Source: Macrostomum hystrix
Taxonomy: Eukaryota; Animalia; Platyhelminthes
Assembly (NCBI GenBank): GCA_950097015.1
Contig: CATNEN010000038.1
Span: 558,001-622,000 of the forward strand
Length of the DNA stretch: 64,000 nucleotides
Reading direction: 5' to 3'
Shown: piece by piece, positions 46,626 to 60,550 of the stretch
How positions within the stretch are numbered: the first letter of the stretch is position 1
Layout of the letters: every line of letters starts with the position of its first letter
Position numbers and translations under genes: made by a program
Notes under the pieces: generated by a model
Told to the model about the DNA's origin: nothing
The model's input: the letters and a program-made list of their open reading frames with translations, nothing else
Databases searched by the model: none

Positions 46626-49600
46626 TAAGTTATGGACTGAGACTCACTGAAGGACTGGTAGGTTATGTACTGAAGCTCACTGAAGGACTGGTAGGTTATG
46701 TACTGAGACTCACTGAAGGACTGGTAGGTTATGTACTGAGACTCACTGAAGGACTGGAAAGTTATGGACTGAGACTTGAAGGACTGGTAGGTTATGGACT
46801 GAGGCTCACTGAAGGACTGGTAGCTTATGTACTGAAGCTCACTGAAGGACTGGTAGGTTATGTACTGAGACTCACTGAAGGACTGGTAGGTTATGTACTG
46901 AGACTTGAAGGACTGGTAGGTTATGGACTGAGGCTCACTGAAGGACTGGTAGGTTATGTACTGAAGCTCACTGAAGGACTGGTAGGTTATGGACTGAGGC
47001 TCACTGAAGGACTGGTAGGTTATGTACTGAGACTCACTGAAGGACTGGAAAGTTATGGACTGAGACTTGAAGGACTGGTAGGTTATGGACTGAGGCTCAC
47101 TGAAGGACTGGTAGCTTATGTACTGAAGCTCACTGAAGGACTGGTAGGTTATGTACTGAGACTCACTGAAGGACTGGTAGGTTATGTACTGAGACTTGAA
47201 GGACTGGTAGGTTATGTACTGAAGCTCACTGAAGGACTGGTAGGTTATGGACTGAGGCTCACTGAAGGACTGGTAGGTTATGTACTGAAGCTCACTGAAG
47301 GACTGGTAGGTTATGGACTGAGGCTCACTGAAGGACTGGTAGGTTATGGACTGAGACTTGAAGGACTGGTAGGTTATGGACTGAGACTTGAAGGACTGGT
47401 AGGTTATGGACTGAGGCTCACTGAAGGACTGGTAGGTTATGGACTGAGGCTCACTAAAGGACTGGTAGGTTATGGACTGAGACTTGAAGGACTGGTAGGT
47501 TATGTACTGAGGCTCACTGAAGGACTGGTAGGTTATGGACTGAGGCTCACTGAAGGACTGGTAGGTTATGTACTGAGACTCACTGAAGGACTGGAAGGTT
47601 ATGTACTGAAGCTCCCTGAAGGACTGGTAGGTTATGTACTGAAGCTCACTGAAGGACTGGTAGGTTATGTACTGAGACTTGAAGGACTGGTAGGTTATGT
47701 ACTGAAGCTCACTGAAGGACTGGTAGGTTATGGACTGAGGCTCACTGAAGGACTGGTAGGTTATGGACTGAGACTTGAAGGACTGGTAGGTTATGGACTG
47801 AGACTTGAAGGACTGGTAGGTTATGGACTGAGACTTGAAGGACTGGTAGGTTATGGACTGAGGCTCACTGAAGGACTGGTAGGTTATGGACTGAGGCTTA
47901 CTGAAGGACTGGTAGGTTATGGACTGAGGCTCACTAAAGGACTGGTAGGTTATGGACTGAGACTTGAAGGACTGGTAGGTTATGTACTGAGGCTCACTCA
48001 AGGACTGGTAGGTTATGGACTGAGGCTCACTGAAGGACTGGTAGGTTATGGACTGAGACTTGAAGGACTGGTAGGTTATGGACTGAGACTTGAAGGACTG
48101 GTAGGTTATGGACTGAGACTTGAAGGACTGGTAGGTTATGGACTGAGACTTGAAGGACTGGTAGGTTATGGACTGAGGCTCACTGAAGGACTGGTAGGTT
48201 ATGTACTGAAGCTCACTGAAGGACTGGTAGGTTATGTACTGAGACTTGAAGGACTGGTAGGTTATGTACTGAAGCTCACTGAAGGACTGGTAGGTTATGG
48301 ACTGAGGCTCACTGAAGGACTGGTAGGTTATGGACTGAGACTTGAAGGACTGGTAGGTTATGGACTGAGACTTGAAGGACTGGTAGGTTATGGACTGAGA
48401 CTTGAAGGACTGGTAGGTTATGGACTGAGGCTCACTGAAGGACTGGTAGGTTATGGACTGAGGCTCACTGAAGGACTGGTAGGTTATGGACTGAGGCTCA
48501 CTAAAGGACTGGTAGGTTATGGACTGAGACTTGAAGGACTGGTAGGTTATGTACTGAGGCTCACTCAAGGACTGGTAGGTTATGGACTGAGGCTCACTGA
48601 AGGACTGGTAGGTTATGGACTGAGACTTGAAGGACTAGTAGGTTATGGACTGAGACTTGAAGGACTGGTAGGTTATGGACTGAGACTTGAAGGACTGGTA
48701 GGTTATGGACTGAGGCTCACTGAAAGACTGGTAGGTTATGGACTGAGGCTCACTGAAGGACTGGTAGGTTATGGACTGAGACTTGAAGGACTGGTAGGTT
48801 ATGTACTGAGACTCACTGAAGGACTGGTAGGTTATGGACTGAGGCTCACTGAAGGACTGGTAGGTTATGGACTGAGGCTCACTGAAGGACTGGTAGGTTA
48901 TGGACTGAGGCTCACTGAAGGACTGGTAGGTTATGTACTGAGGCTCACTAAAGGACTGGTAGGTTATGGACTGAGACTTGAAGGACTGGTAGGTTATGGA
49001 CTGAGGCTCACAGAAGGACTGGTAGGTTATGTACTGAAGCTCACTGAAGGACTGGTAGGTTATGTACTGAAGCTCACTGAAGGACTGGTAGGTTATGGAC
49101 TGAAGCTCACTGAGGGACTGGTAGGTTATGGACTGAGGCTCACTGAAGGACTGGTAGGTTATGTACTGAAGCTCACTGAATGACTGGTAGGTTATGGACT
49201 GAGGCTCACTGAAGGACTGGTAGGTTATGGACTGAGACTCACTGAAGGACTGGTAGGTTATGTACTGAAGCTCACTGAAGGACTGGTAGGTTATGGACTG
49301 AGGCTCACTGAAGGACTGGTAGGTTATGTACTGAGACTCACTGAAGGACTGGTAGGTTATGGACTGAGACTCACTGAAGGACTGGTAGGTTATGTACTGA
49401 AGCTCACTGAAGGACTGGTAGGTTATGGACTGAGGCTCACTGAAGGACTGGTAGGTTATGTACTGAGGCTCACTAAAGGACTGGTAGGTTATGGACTGAG
49501 ACTTGAAGGACTGGTAGGTTATGGACTGAGGCTCACTGAAGGACTGGTAGCTTATGTACTGAAGCTCACTGAAGGACTGGTAGGTTATGTACTGAGACTC

Positions 49601-51935
49601 ACTGAAGGACTGGTAGGTTATGTACTGAAGCTCACTGAAGGACTGGTAGGTTATGTACTGAGACTTGAAGGACTGGTAGGTTATGTACTGAAGCTCACTG
49701 AAGGACTGGTAGGTTATGGACTGAGGCTCACTGAAGGACTGGTAGGTTATGTACTGAAGCTCACTGAAGGACTGGTAGGTTATGGACTGAGGCTCACTGA
49801 AGGACTGGTAGGTTATGTACTGAAGCTCACTGAAGGACTGGTAGGTTATGGACTGAGGCTCACTGAGGGACTGGTAGGTTATGGACTGAGACTTGAAGGA
49901 CTGGTAGGTTATGGACTGAGACTTGAAGGACTGGTAGGTTATGTACTGAGACTTGAAGGACTGGTAGGTTATGTACTGAAGGTCACTGAAGGACTGGTAG
50001 GTTATGGACTGAGGCTCACTGAAGGACTGGTAGGTTATGTACTGAAGCTCACTGAAGGACTGGTAGGTTATGGACTGAGGCTCACTGAGGGACTGGTAGG
50101 TTATGGACTGAGGCTCACTGAAGGACTGGTAGGTTATGGACTGAGGCTCACTAAAGGACTGGTAGGTTATGGACTGAGACTTGAAGGACTGGTAGGTTAT
50201 GTACTGAGGCTCACTGAAGGACTGGTAGGTTATGGACTGAGGCTCACTGAAGGACTGGTAGGTTATGTACTGAGACTCACTGAAGGACTGGAAAGTTATG
50301 TACTGAAGCTCACTGAAGGACTGGTAGGTTATGTACTGAGACTTGAAGGACTGGTAGGTTATGTACTGAAGCTCACTGAAGGACTGGTAGGTTATGGACT
50401 GAGGCTCACTGAAGGACTGGTAGGTTATGGACTGAGACTTGAAGGACTGGTAGGTTATGGACTGAGACTTGAAGGACTGGTAGGTTATGGACTGAGACTT
50501 GAAGGACTGGTAGGTTATGGACTGAGGCTCACTGAAGGACTGGTAGGTTATGGACTGAGGCTTACTGAAGGACTGGTAGGTTATGGACTGAGGCTCACTA
50601 AAGGACTGGTAGGTTATGGACTGAGACTTGAAGGACTGGTAGGTTATGTACTGAGGCTCACTCAAGGACTGGTAGGTTATGGACTGAGGCTCACTGAAGG
50701 ACTGGTAGGTTATGGACTGAGACTTGAAGGACTGGTAGGTTATGGACTGAGACTTGAAGGACTGGTAGGTTATGGACTGAGACTTGAAGGACTGGTAGGT
50801 TATGGACTGAGGCTCACTGAAGGACTGGTAGGTTATGTACTGAAGCTCACTGAAGGACTGGTAGGTTATGTACTGAGACTTGAAGGACTTGTAGGTTATG
50901 TACTGAAGCTCACTGAAGGACTGGTAGGTTATGGACTGAGGCTCACTGAAGGACTGGTAGGTTATGGACTGAGACTTGAAGGACTGGTAGGTTATGGACT
51001 GAGACTTGAAGGACTGGTAGGTTATGGACTGAGACTTGAAGGACTGGTAGGTTATGGACTGAGGCTCACTGAAGGACTGGTAGGTTATGGACTGAGGCTC
51101 ACTGAAGGACTGGTAGGTTATGGACTGAGGCTCACTAAAGGACTGGTAGGTTATGGACTGAGACTTGAAGGACTGGTAGGTTATGTACTGAGGCTCACTC
51201 AAGGACTGGTAGGTTATGGACTGAGGCTCACTGAAGGACTGGTAGGTTATGGACTGAGACTTGAAGGACTGGTAGGTTATGGACTGAGACTTGAAGGACT
51301 GGTAGGTTATGGACTGAGACTTGATGGACTGGTAGGTTATGGACTGAGGCTCACTGAAAGACTGGTAGGTTATGGACTGAGGCTCACTGAAGGACTGGTA
51401 GGTTATGGACTGAGACTTGAAGGACTGGTAGGTTATGTACTGAGACTCACTGAAGGACTGGTAGGTTATGGACTGAGGCTCACTGAAGGACTGGTAGGTT
51501 ATGTACTGAGACTCACTGAAGGACTTGTAGGTTATGGACTGAGACTTGAAGGACTGGTAGGTTATGGACTGAGACTCACTGAAGGACTGGTAGGTTATGG
51601 ACTGAGACTTGAAGGACTGGTAGGTTATGGACTGAGACTTGAAGGACTGGTAGGTTATGTACTGAGACTCACTGAAGGACTGGTAGGTTATGGACTGAGG
51701 CTCACTGAGGGACTGGTAGGTTATGTACTGAAGCTCACTGAAGGACTGGTAGGTTATGTACTGAGACCCACTGAAGGACTGGTAGGTTATGGACTGAGAC
51801 TTGAAGGACTGGTAGGTTATGGACTGAGACTTGAAGGACTGGTAGGTTATGGACTGGGACTTAAAGGACTGGTAGGTTATGGACTGAGACTTGAAGGACT
51901 GGTAGGTTATGTACTGAGACTCACTGAAGGACTGA
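46626..51935. repeat. 5.3-kb 30/33-bp satellite (GACTGGTAGGTTATGGACTGAG-ACTT/GCTCACT-GAAG) with higher-order blocks
   Basis: Two unit lengths interleaved; gives the QSITYQSF ORFs on the - strand. Confidence 0.97.
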
Positions 51936-52227
51936 TACGATAGTCTGACCGCAAGTAGGAGCCTTTGAGACCTGCATCGCCAATTCACAAAGCATGTTTC
52001 AACAACAATGGTCAACATTGTCCGCTTCGTGCCAGCGCCCTTATTTGCATTACGCACACTGCAATATCGATTTCCGCCAGTGTCGTTCCTAGCGCCGGAA
52101 GCTGTGTGCCAATTTCTGTCTGAATGGAAGTTCCGGTGGCGAAAAACAGGATAAGCGTAATCTGTTTCTCTGGCTAACAACACGGCCACTTGCGAGTGTG
52201 TTGACAAAATTACTGCTTAGTTCAGAA

Positions 52228-54940
52228 TGTCTAATGTACAGTTGTGTCCTTATGTCTGTAATGTACTGTTGTGTCCTTATGTCTGTAATGTACAGTTGTG
52301 TCCTTAATGTCTTTAATTTACTGTTGTGTCCTTATGTCTGTAATGTACTTATGTGTCCTTATGTCTGTAATGTACTGCTGTGTCCTTTTGTCTTTAATGT
52401 ACTGCTGTGTCCTTAATGTCTTTAATTTACTGTTGTGTCCTTATGTCTTTAATGTACTGCTGTGTCCTTATGTCTTTTAATGTACTGCTGTGTCCTTATG
52501 TCTGTAATGTACTGCTGTGTCCTTATGTCTGTAATGTACTGCTGTGTCCTTATGTCTGTAATGTACTGCTGTGTCCTTATGTCTGTAATGTACTGCTGTG
52601 TCCTTATGTCTGTAATGTACTGCTGTGTCCTTATGTCTGTAATATACTGCTGTGTCCTTATGTCTTTAATGTACTGCTGTGTCCTTATGTCTGTAATGTA
52701 CTGCTGTTTCCTTAATGTCTTTAATTTACTATTGTGTCCTTAATGTCTTTAATTTACTATTGTGTCCTTATGTCTGTAATATACTGCTGTTTCCTTAATG
52801 TCTTTAATTTACTATTGTGTCCTTATGTCTGTAATATACTGCTGTTTCCTTAATGTCTGTAATATACTGCTGTTTCCTTAATGTCTTTAATTTACTATTG
52901 TGTCCTTATGTCTGTAATGTACTGCTGTTTCCTTAATGTCTTTAATTTACTATTGTGTCCTTATGTCTGTAATGTACTGCTGTGTCCTTAATGTCTTTAA
53001 TTTACTGTTGTGTCCTTATGTCTGTAATGTACTGCTGTTTCCTTAATGTCTTTAATTTACTGTTGTGTCCTTATGTCTGTAATGTACTGCTGTTTCCTTA
53101 ATGTCTTTAATTTACTATTGTGTCCTTATGTCTGTAATATACTGCTGTGTCCTTAATGTCTTTAATTTACTATTGTGTCCTTATGTCTGTAATGTACTGC
53201 TGTGTCCTTATGTCGGTAATGTACTGCTGTGTCCTTAATGTCTTTAATTTACTATTGTGTCCTTATGTCTGTAATATACTGCTGTGTCCTTATGTCTGTA
53301 ATGTACTGTTGTGTCCTTATGTCTGTAATGTACTGCTGTGTCCTTAATGTCTTTAATTTACTATTGTGTCCTTATGTCTGTAATATACTGTTGTGTCCTT
53401 ATGTCTGTAATATACTGCTGTGTCCTTATGTCTGTAATGTACTGCTGTGTCCTTATGTCTGTAATATACTGTTGTGTCCTTATGTCTGTAATATACTGTT
53501 GTGTCCTTATGTCTGTAATATACTGTTGTGTCCTTATGTCTGTAATATACTGCTGTGTCCTTATGTCGGTAATGTACTGCTGTGTCCTTATGTCGGTAAT
53601 GTACTGCTGTGTCCTTATGTCTGTAATATACTGCTGTGTCCTTATGTCTGTAATGTACTGTTGTGTCCTTATGTCTGTAATGTACTGCTGTGTCCTTTTG
53701 TCTGTAATGTACTATTGTGTCCTTATGTCGGTAATGTACTGCTGTGTTCTTATGTCTGTAATATACTGTTGTGTCCTTATGTCTGTAATATACTGCTGTG
53801 TCCTTATGTCTGTAATGTACTGCTGTGTCCTTATGTCGGTAATGTACTGCTGTGTCCTTATGTCTGTAATATACTGCTGTGTCCTTATGTCTGTAATGTA
53901 CTGTTGTGTCCTTATGTCTGTAATGTACTGCTGTGTCCTTATGTCTGTAATGTACTATTATGTCCTTATGTCGGTAATGTACTGCTGTGTTCTTATGTCT
54001 GTAATATACTGTTGTGTCCTTATGTCGGTAATGTACTGCTGTGTCCTTATGTCTGTAATATACTGCTGTGTCCTTATGTCTGTAATATACTGCTGTGTCC
54101 TTATGTCGGTAATGTACTGCTGTGTCCTTATGTCGGTAATGTACTGCTGTGTCCTTATGTCGGTAATGTACTGCTGTGTCCTTATGTCTGTAATGTACTG
54201 TTGTGTCCTTATGTCTGTAATGTACTGCTGTGTCCTTATGTCTGTAATATACTGCTGTGTCCTTATGTCTGTAATGTACTGTTGTGTCCTTATGTCTGTA
54301 ATGTACTGTTGTGTCCTTATGTCTGTAATGTACTGCTGTGTCCTTATGTCTGTAATATACTGCTGTGTCCTTATGTCTGTAATGTACTGTTGTGTCCTTA
54401 TGTCTGTAATGTACTGTTGTGTCCTTATGTCTGTAATATACTGCTGTGTCCTTATGTCGGTAATGTACTGCTGTGTCCTTATGTCGGTAATGTACTGCTG
54501 TGTCCTTATGTCGGTAATGTACTGCTGTGTCCTTATGTCTGTAATATACTGTTGTGTCCTTATGTCTGTAATGTACTGCTGTGTCCTTATGTCGGTAATG
54601 TACTGCTGTGTCCTTATGTCGGTAATGTACAGTTGTGTCCTTATGTCGGTAATGTACTGCTGTGTCCTTAATGTCTTTAATTTACTATTGTGTCCTTATG
54701 TCTGTAATATACTGCTGTGTCCTTAATGTCTTTAATTTACTATTGTGTCCTTATGTCTGTAATGTACTGCTGTTTCCTTAATGTCTTTAATTTACTATTG
54801 TGTCCTTATGTCTTTAATGTACTGCTGTGTCCTTAATGTCTTTAATTTACTATTGTGTCCTTACGTCTGTAATATACTGCTGTGTCCTTACGTCTGTAAT
54901 ATACTGCTGTGTCCTTATGTCTGTAATGTACTGTTGTGTC
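52228..54940. repeat. 27-bp minisatellite (ATGTACTGCTGTGTCCTTATGTCTGTA)n
   Basis: Periodic; explains the VMYCCVLMS ORFs. Confidence 0.97.
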
Positions 54941-55019
54941 CTCATATCTAAATGGCATTGTCATACATGTATAATTTTATGTCCCGCCCACACTGTGCAG
55001 TGTCTTCTTAATTCCTGTC

Positions 55020-55640
55020 TATCCTGTCTCTCTACCTACCTCTCTACTTCCCTCTCCCTAGCTACCTCCCTCTCTCTCTACCTACCTCCCTCTCTCTCTA
55101 CCTACCTCTGACTTACTTGACTTAGCGGCAGGGAGCCTCCATGACGGACGCAACGAGGAGGCGGCTGATGCCTTTCTCTCTAACTACCTCTCTACCTCCT
55201 ACCTATCTCTCTCAGCCAACCTCTCCCTATCTACCTACCTCTCTCTCACTACCTGTCTCTCAACCTACCTCTCCCTAACTACCTATCTCTCTCTACCTAC
55301 ATCATACTCTACCTACCTCCTTCTCTACCAGCCTCTTTCTCTACCTACCTCTCTCTCTACCTACCTCTCTCTCTACCTACCTCTCTCTACCTACCTCTCG
55401 CTACCTACCTATCTCTCTCTACCTACATCATACTCTACCTACCTCCTTATCTACCAGCCTATTTCTCTACCTACCTCTCTCTCTACCTACCTCTCTCTCT
55501 ACCTACCTCTCTCTACCTACCTCTCGCTACCTACCTCTCGCTACCTACCTTTCTACTTCCTACCTATCTCTCTCAACCTACCTCTCCCTACCTACCTATC
55601 TCTCTCTAACTACCTCTCTCTCTACCTACATCTGTACCTA
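55020..55640. repeat. CT-rich low-complexity repeat (CTAC/CT)n
   Basis: Pyrimidine-rich; a related block lies at 59255-59740. Confidence 0.9.
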
Positions 55641-56005
55641 TGTACTGCTGTGTCCTTATGTCTGTAATATACTGTTGTGTCCTTATGTCTGTAATATACT
55701 GCTGTGTCCTTATGTCTGTAATATACTGCTGTGTCCTTATGTCTGTAATATACTGCTGTGTCCTTATGTCTGTAATATACTGCTGTGTCCTTATGTCTGT
55801 AATATACTGTTGTGTCCTTATGTCTGTAATATACTGCTGTGTCCTTATGTCTGTAATATACTGCTGTGTCCTTATGTCTGTAATATACTGTTGTGTCCTT
55901 ATGTCTGTAATATACTGTTGTGTCCTTATGTCTGTAATATACTGCTGTGTCCTTATGTCTGTAATGTACTGTTGTGTCCTTATGTCTGTAATGTACTGCT
56001 GTGTC
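55640..56005. repeat. 27-bp minisatellite, second block
   Basis: Same unit as 52228-54940. Confidence 0.95.
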
Positions 56006-56754
56006 CTCATATCTAAATGGCATTGTCATACATGTATAATTTCATGTCCCGCCCACTGTGCAGTGTCTTCTTAATTCCTAATTTAGAAGTACTTCAGCCA
56101 CACTGTCTTGTTTATTTGAGTAGCCATGACTTCTGCCCACCGCTAATTTCACATCCGAGTTTAGCCTAGGTGCTCATCCGAGACCCAGTCTGGTCACGTG
56201 ACCGCCGTGGAAAGTCGGCCTAAAAATTCGCAGTTCTTGGCCAAGGCGACTCGCTTGGTCGAACAGAAAATATCCCATTTATTTCTCTACCTTATATTTC
56301 CTAAGCTACTAATCCCCATGCATGGCAGCTACCCATACGGCTTCTTACTTTATAAGGATCTGAGCTGTCCAACGCAGCTCATGAATTTGAAAAGAAAATT
56401 AGTTCAAAGCGGAACTGACGAGGCCGCCGCCATATTTTTCAAAGGAATTGTGCGGATGAAGAAATTGAAAAATATAATTGAAACTATTTTCTTCTTTTTT
56501 ATATTTAGTCTTGGTGGATTTGAAAAAAAAACGGATTTGGCCCATTTCTGTAACGAAAAGCATTTTAAAGATCAAAAGAAATAGAAGTTTTGCTGTTTTA
56601 AAAAAAGCTTACCACCTGTTTAATGAGCATTCGCTTGAATAATTTGAATGCTTTTCTTCTGAACGTCTGGTTTTGAAAAAAATGAAAGTATCTAGCTTAC
56701 CTAGCCAAAAAGTTTTTTAAAGCACTTCTAAAAAATTTAAGTATCTGATTTTGA

Positions 56755-58690
56755 AGCAGACACTCTCCCAAATCCTCAGGTTGAGCGGTCACTCTCCCAG
56801 ATCCTCAGGTTGAGCGGTCACTCTCCCAGATCCTCAGGTTGTTGAGCGGTCACTCTCCCAGATCCTCAGGTTGTTGAGCGGTCACTCTCCCAAATCCTCA
56901 GGTTGAGCGGTCACTCTCCCAGATCCTCAGGTTGTTGAGCGGTCACTCTCCCAGATCCTCAGGTTGTTGAGCGGTCACTCTCCCAAATCCTCAGGTTGAG
57001 CGGTCACTCTCCCAGATCCTCAGGTTGTTGAGCGGTCACTCTCCCAAATCCTCAGGTTGAGCGGTCACTCTCCCAGATCCTCAGGTTGAGCAGTCTCTCT
57101 CCCAGATCCTTCTGTTGAGCAGTCACTCTCCCAGATCCTAAGGCTGTTGAGAAATCTCTCTCTCAGATCCTCAGGTTGAGCAGTCTCTCTCCCAGATCCT
57201 CAGGTTGTTGAGCAATCTCTCTCTCAGATCCTCAGGTTGAGCAGTCTCTCTCCCAGATCCTCAGGTTGAGCAGTCTCTCTCCCAGATCCTCAGGTTGTTG
57301 AGCAATCTCTCTCTCAGATCCTCAGGTTGAGCAGTCTCTCTCCCAGATCCTCAGGTTGTTGAGCAGTCTCTCTCCCAGATCCTCAGGTTGAGCAGTCTCT
57401 CTCCCAGATCCTCAGGTTGAGCAGTCTCTCTCCCAGATCCTTCTGTTGAGCAGTCACTCTCCCAGATCCTAAGGTTGTTGAGCAATCACTCTCCCAGATC
57501 CTCAGGTTGAGCAGTCTCTCTCCCAGATCCTCAGGTTGTTGAGCGGTCACTCTCCCAGATCCTCAGGTTGTTGAGCGGTCACTCTCCCAAATCCTCAGGT
57601 TGAGCAGTCACTCTCCCAGGTCCTCAAGTTAAGCAATCACTCTCCCAGATCCTCAGGTTGAGCAGTCTCTCTCCCAGATCCTTCTGTTGAGCAGTCACTC
57701 TCCCAGATCCTAAGGTTGTTGAGAAATCTCTCTCTCAGATCCTCAGGTTGAGCAGTCTCTCTCCCAGATCCTCAGGTTGAGCAGTCTCTCTCCCAGATCC
57801 TCAGGTTGTTGAGCAGTCTCTCTCCCAGATCCTCAGGTTGAGCAGTCACTCTCCCAGATCCTCAGGTTGTTGAGCAGTCTCTCTCCCAGATCCTCAGGTT
57901 GAGCAGTCACTCTCCCAGATCCTCAGGTTGAGCAGTCTCTCTCCCAGATCCTCAGGTTGAGCAGTCACTCTCCCAGATCCTCAGGTTGAGCAGTCTCTCT
58001 CCCAGATCCTCAGGTTGAGCAGTCTCTCTCCCAGATCCTTCTGTTGAGCAGTCACTCCCAGATCCTTCTGTTGAGCAGTCACTATCCCAGATCCTAAGGT
58101 TGTTGAGCAATCACTCTCCCAGATCCTCAGGTTGTTGAGCAATCTCTCTCTCCCAGATCCTCAGGTTGTTGAGCAGTCTCTCTCCCAGATCCTCAGGTTG
58201 AGCAGTCTCTCTCCCAGATCCTCAGGTTGTTGAGCAGTCTCTCTCCCAGATCCTCAGGTTGAGCAGTCACTCTCCCAGATCCTCAGGTTGAGCAGTCTCT
58301 CTCCCAGATCCTCAGGTTGAGCAGTCTCTCTCCCAGATCCTTCTGTTGAGCAGTCACTCCCAGATCCTTCTGTTGAGCAGTCTCTCTCCCAGATCCTTCT
58401 GTTGAGCAGTCACTCCCAGATCCTTCTGTTGAGCAGTCACTCTCCCAGATCCTCAGGTTGTTGAGCAGTCACTCTCCCAGATCCTCAGGTTGTTGAGCAG
58501 TCTCTCTCCCAGATCCTCAGGTTGAGCAGTCACTCTCCCAGATCCTCAGGTTGTTGAGCAGTCTCTCTCCCAGATCCTCAGGTTGAGCAGTCACTCTCCC
58601 AGATCCTCAGGTTGTTGAGCAGTCTCTCTCCCAGATCATCAGGTTGAGCAGTCACTCTCCCAGATCCTCAGGTTAAGCAATCGTTAAGCA
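56755..58690. repeat. 29/32-bp minisatellite (CACTCTCCCAGATCCTCAGGTT[GTT]GAGCAGT)n
   Basis: Visible periodicity. Confidence 0.96.
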
Positions 58691-59254
58691 GTCAGTCTCT
58701 GGGATCCTAACTAGTATATTTCCTTCATTCATGGTCCATAATTAAGTTGGCACTTCGCTGAAGAGTGCATGAGACTCGACAGATGTCGGGTTCTGCTGCT
58801 GGGTCTTCATCTAGCATGCAGATGGCACATTTGAGCAAGTCTCCCCAGCACTGCACAGACTCCTAGCCTGAGGACCAATTAGCATGTAAAAAATATTACC
58901 CCATGCCAAGTGACGAAGGGACTGTTCATTTACTGACGAGACAGTGAAATTTTGCTTCAGAAATTTGATGTTTTTTCCGCACGAGTGGCGCTCATTGTAA
59001 AAGTGCGAGTGTGGCACAGGATTACGTGCTCATTCTGCTACTCAAAATATAATGGCTCCGGGGAAAGCAGATGCTCATATACTCGATTGGCTGAGGTTAA
59101 GTAACCGACTCATATATATGCTTTGAAACTCTGGGTCAGTCAGTGCAATGTTGTGGCACAGAATACCATTTTAATTTTTTGTCGAAATCACTTTTCACAA
59201 ATGAACTTCTGTCTATAACTTTGCCTGCCCTGCCAATCTCCCCCTCGTTACTTA

Positions 59255-59740
59255 CCTTACCTCTCTCACTACCTGTCTCTCTACCTACCTCTCTACTTCC
59301 CTCTCCCTACCTACCTCCCTCTCTCTCTACCTACCTCTCTACCTCCTACCTATCTCTCTCAACCTACCTCTCCCTACCTACCTCCCTCTCTCTCTACCTA
59401 CCTCCCTCTCTACCAGTCTCTCTCTCTACCTACCTTTCTACATCCTACCTATCTCTCTCAACCTACCTCTCCCTACCTACCTATCTCTCTCAACCTACCT
59501 CTCCCTACCTACCTATCTCTCTCAACCTACCTCTCCCTATCTACCTACCTCTCTCTCACTACCTCTCTCTCTACCTACATCGTACTCTACCTACCCTTCT
59601 CTACCAGCCTCTTTCTCTACCTACCTCTTTCTCTACCTACCTCTCTCTCTACCGACCTCTCTCTACCTACCTCTCCCTACCTACCTACCTCTCTCTAACT
59701 ACCTCTCTCTCTACCTACATCTGTACCTTGACTCTCTGTC
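59255..59740. repeat. CT-rich low-complexity repeat
   Basis: Same motif family as 55020-55640. Confidence 0.9.
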
Positions 59741-60274
59741 TACATTTCTGTCGACCTCTCTCGCTCTTCCTCCCCCTCTCAACCTCTGTATCTTCCTACC
59801 TACTTTTCTTGAGTGCTTATTTGCATCCTTTCTCTCGATGAATCTCAGAGTCCGCTCTCATATATCTCTGCGAAGTCTGGGCTGAAAGTGTTCAGTGAGG
59901 ATGCATGGCTTGAGCATAGCAGAGTAATCCCTGCCTTGTGTTTGCAGGATGCATAATCCAGCTCTAATGCCATAGATGTCTGCAGCTGATATTGGAAACA
60001 TGAGCAGTCCACTATATGAGCAGACTGATTTTTGGTAACACGAGAGTTGGGAATAATGTGCCCTGCATTTGCTGGCACATCTCACAGCGGACGGTGCAAG
60101 ATGTAGGAAATTTTCTGCTCTTTTCGGGCACTCTCGGGAAATTGCAAGTATTTTAATTTAGCAGGCAGATTATTGGTGATCTAGATATGGAAATGCATTT
60201 AGGCCTCTAAGAATGATGACGGAAATTATATGCCACTAAAATGCCAAGACAGCATCATACAATGGCGCCTGTGA

Positions 60275-60550
60275 TCTACGAGCTACGAGGTCGGTCGTAG
60301 GTCGAGGGTTCGATTCCCGACTACCCAGGAAAAATGTGTCACTTTGAAAGACAATTGACTCTGCACTGTTTCAGTTCACTCAGCTGATAAAAAGGTACCA
60401 GTATTTGATGGAATAATTAGAGACTTCTGGGGCCTCATCCCCAGTCCATGGACTGAACAGCCTTCGCAGTCTTCAGCGCCGCGCAATATCTGGCCCAATT
60501 GGGGCAGGTGTAATGTTCTCAGAAATAACTGATTATATTATTATTATACT
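60275..60550 (+). mobile_element. SINE family 1 copy
   Basis: ggttcgattcccgact, core cagttcactcagctg, palindrome at 60442-60455, (TTA)-rich tail. Confidence 0.75.

Noticed and set aside
52198-56074. Cys-rich, metallothionein-like repeat ORFs
   Set aside because: 27-bp satellite with frame-breaking 28-bp variants.
59143-59841. 232-aa L/S/P/T/Y-rich ORF
   Set aside because: Low-complexity CT repeat with few possible stop codons.
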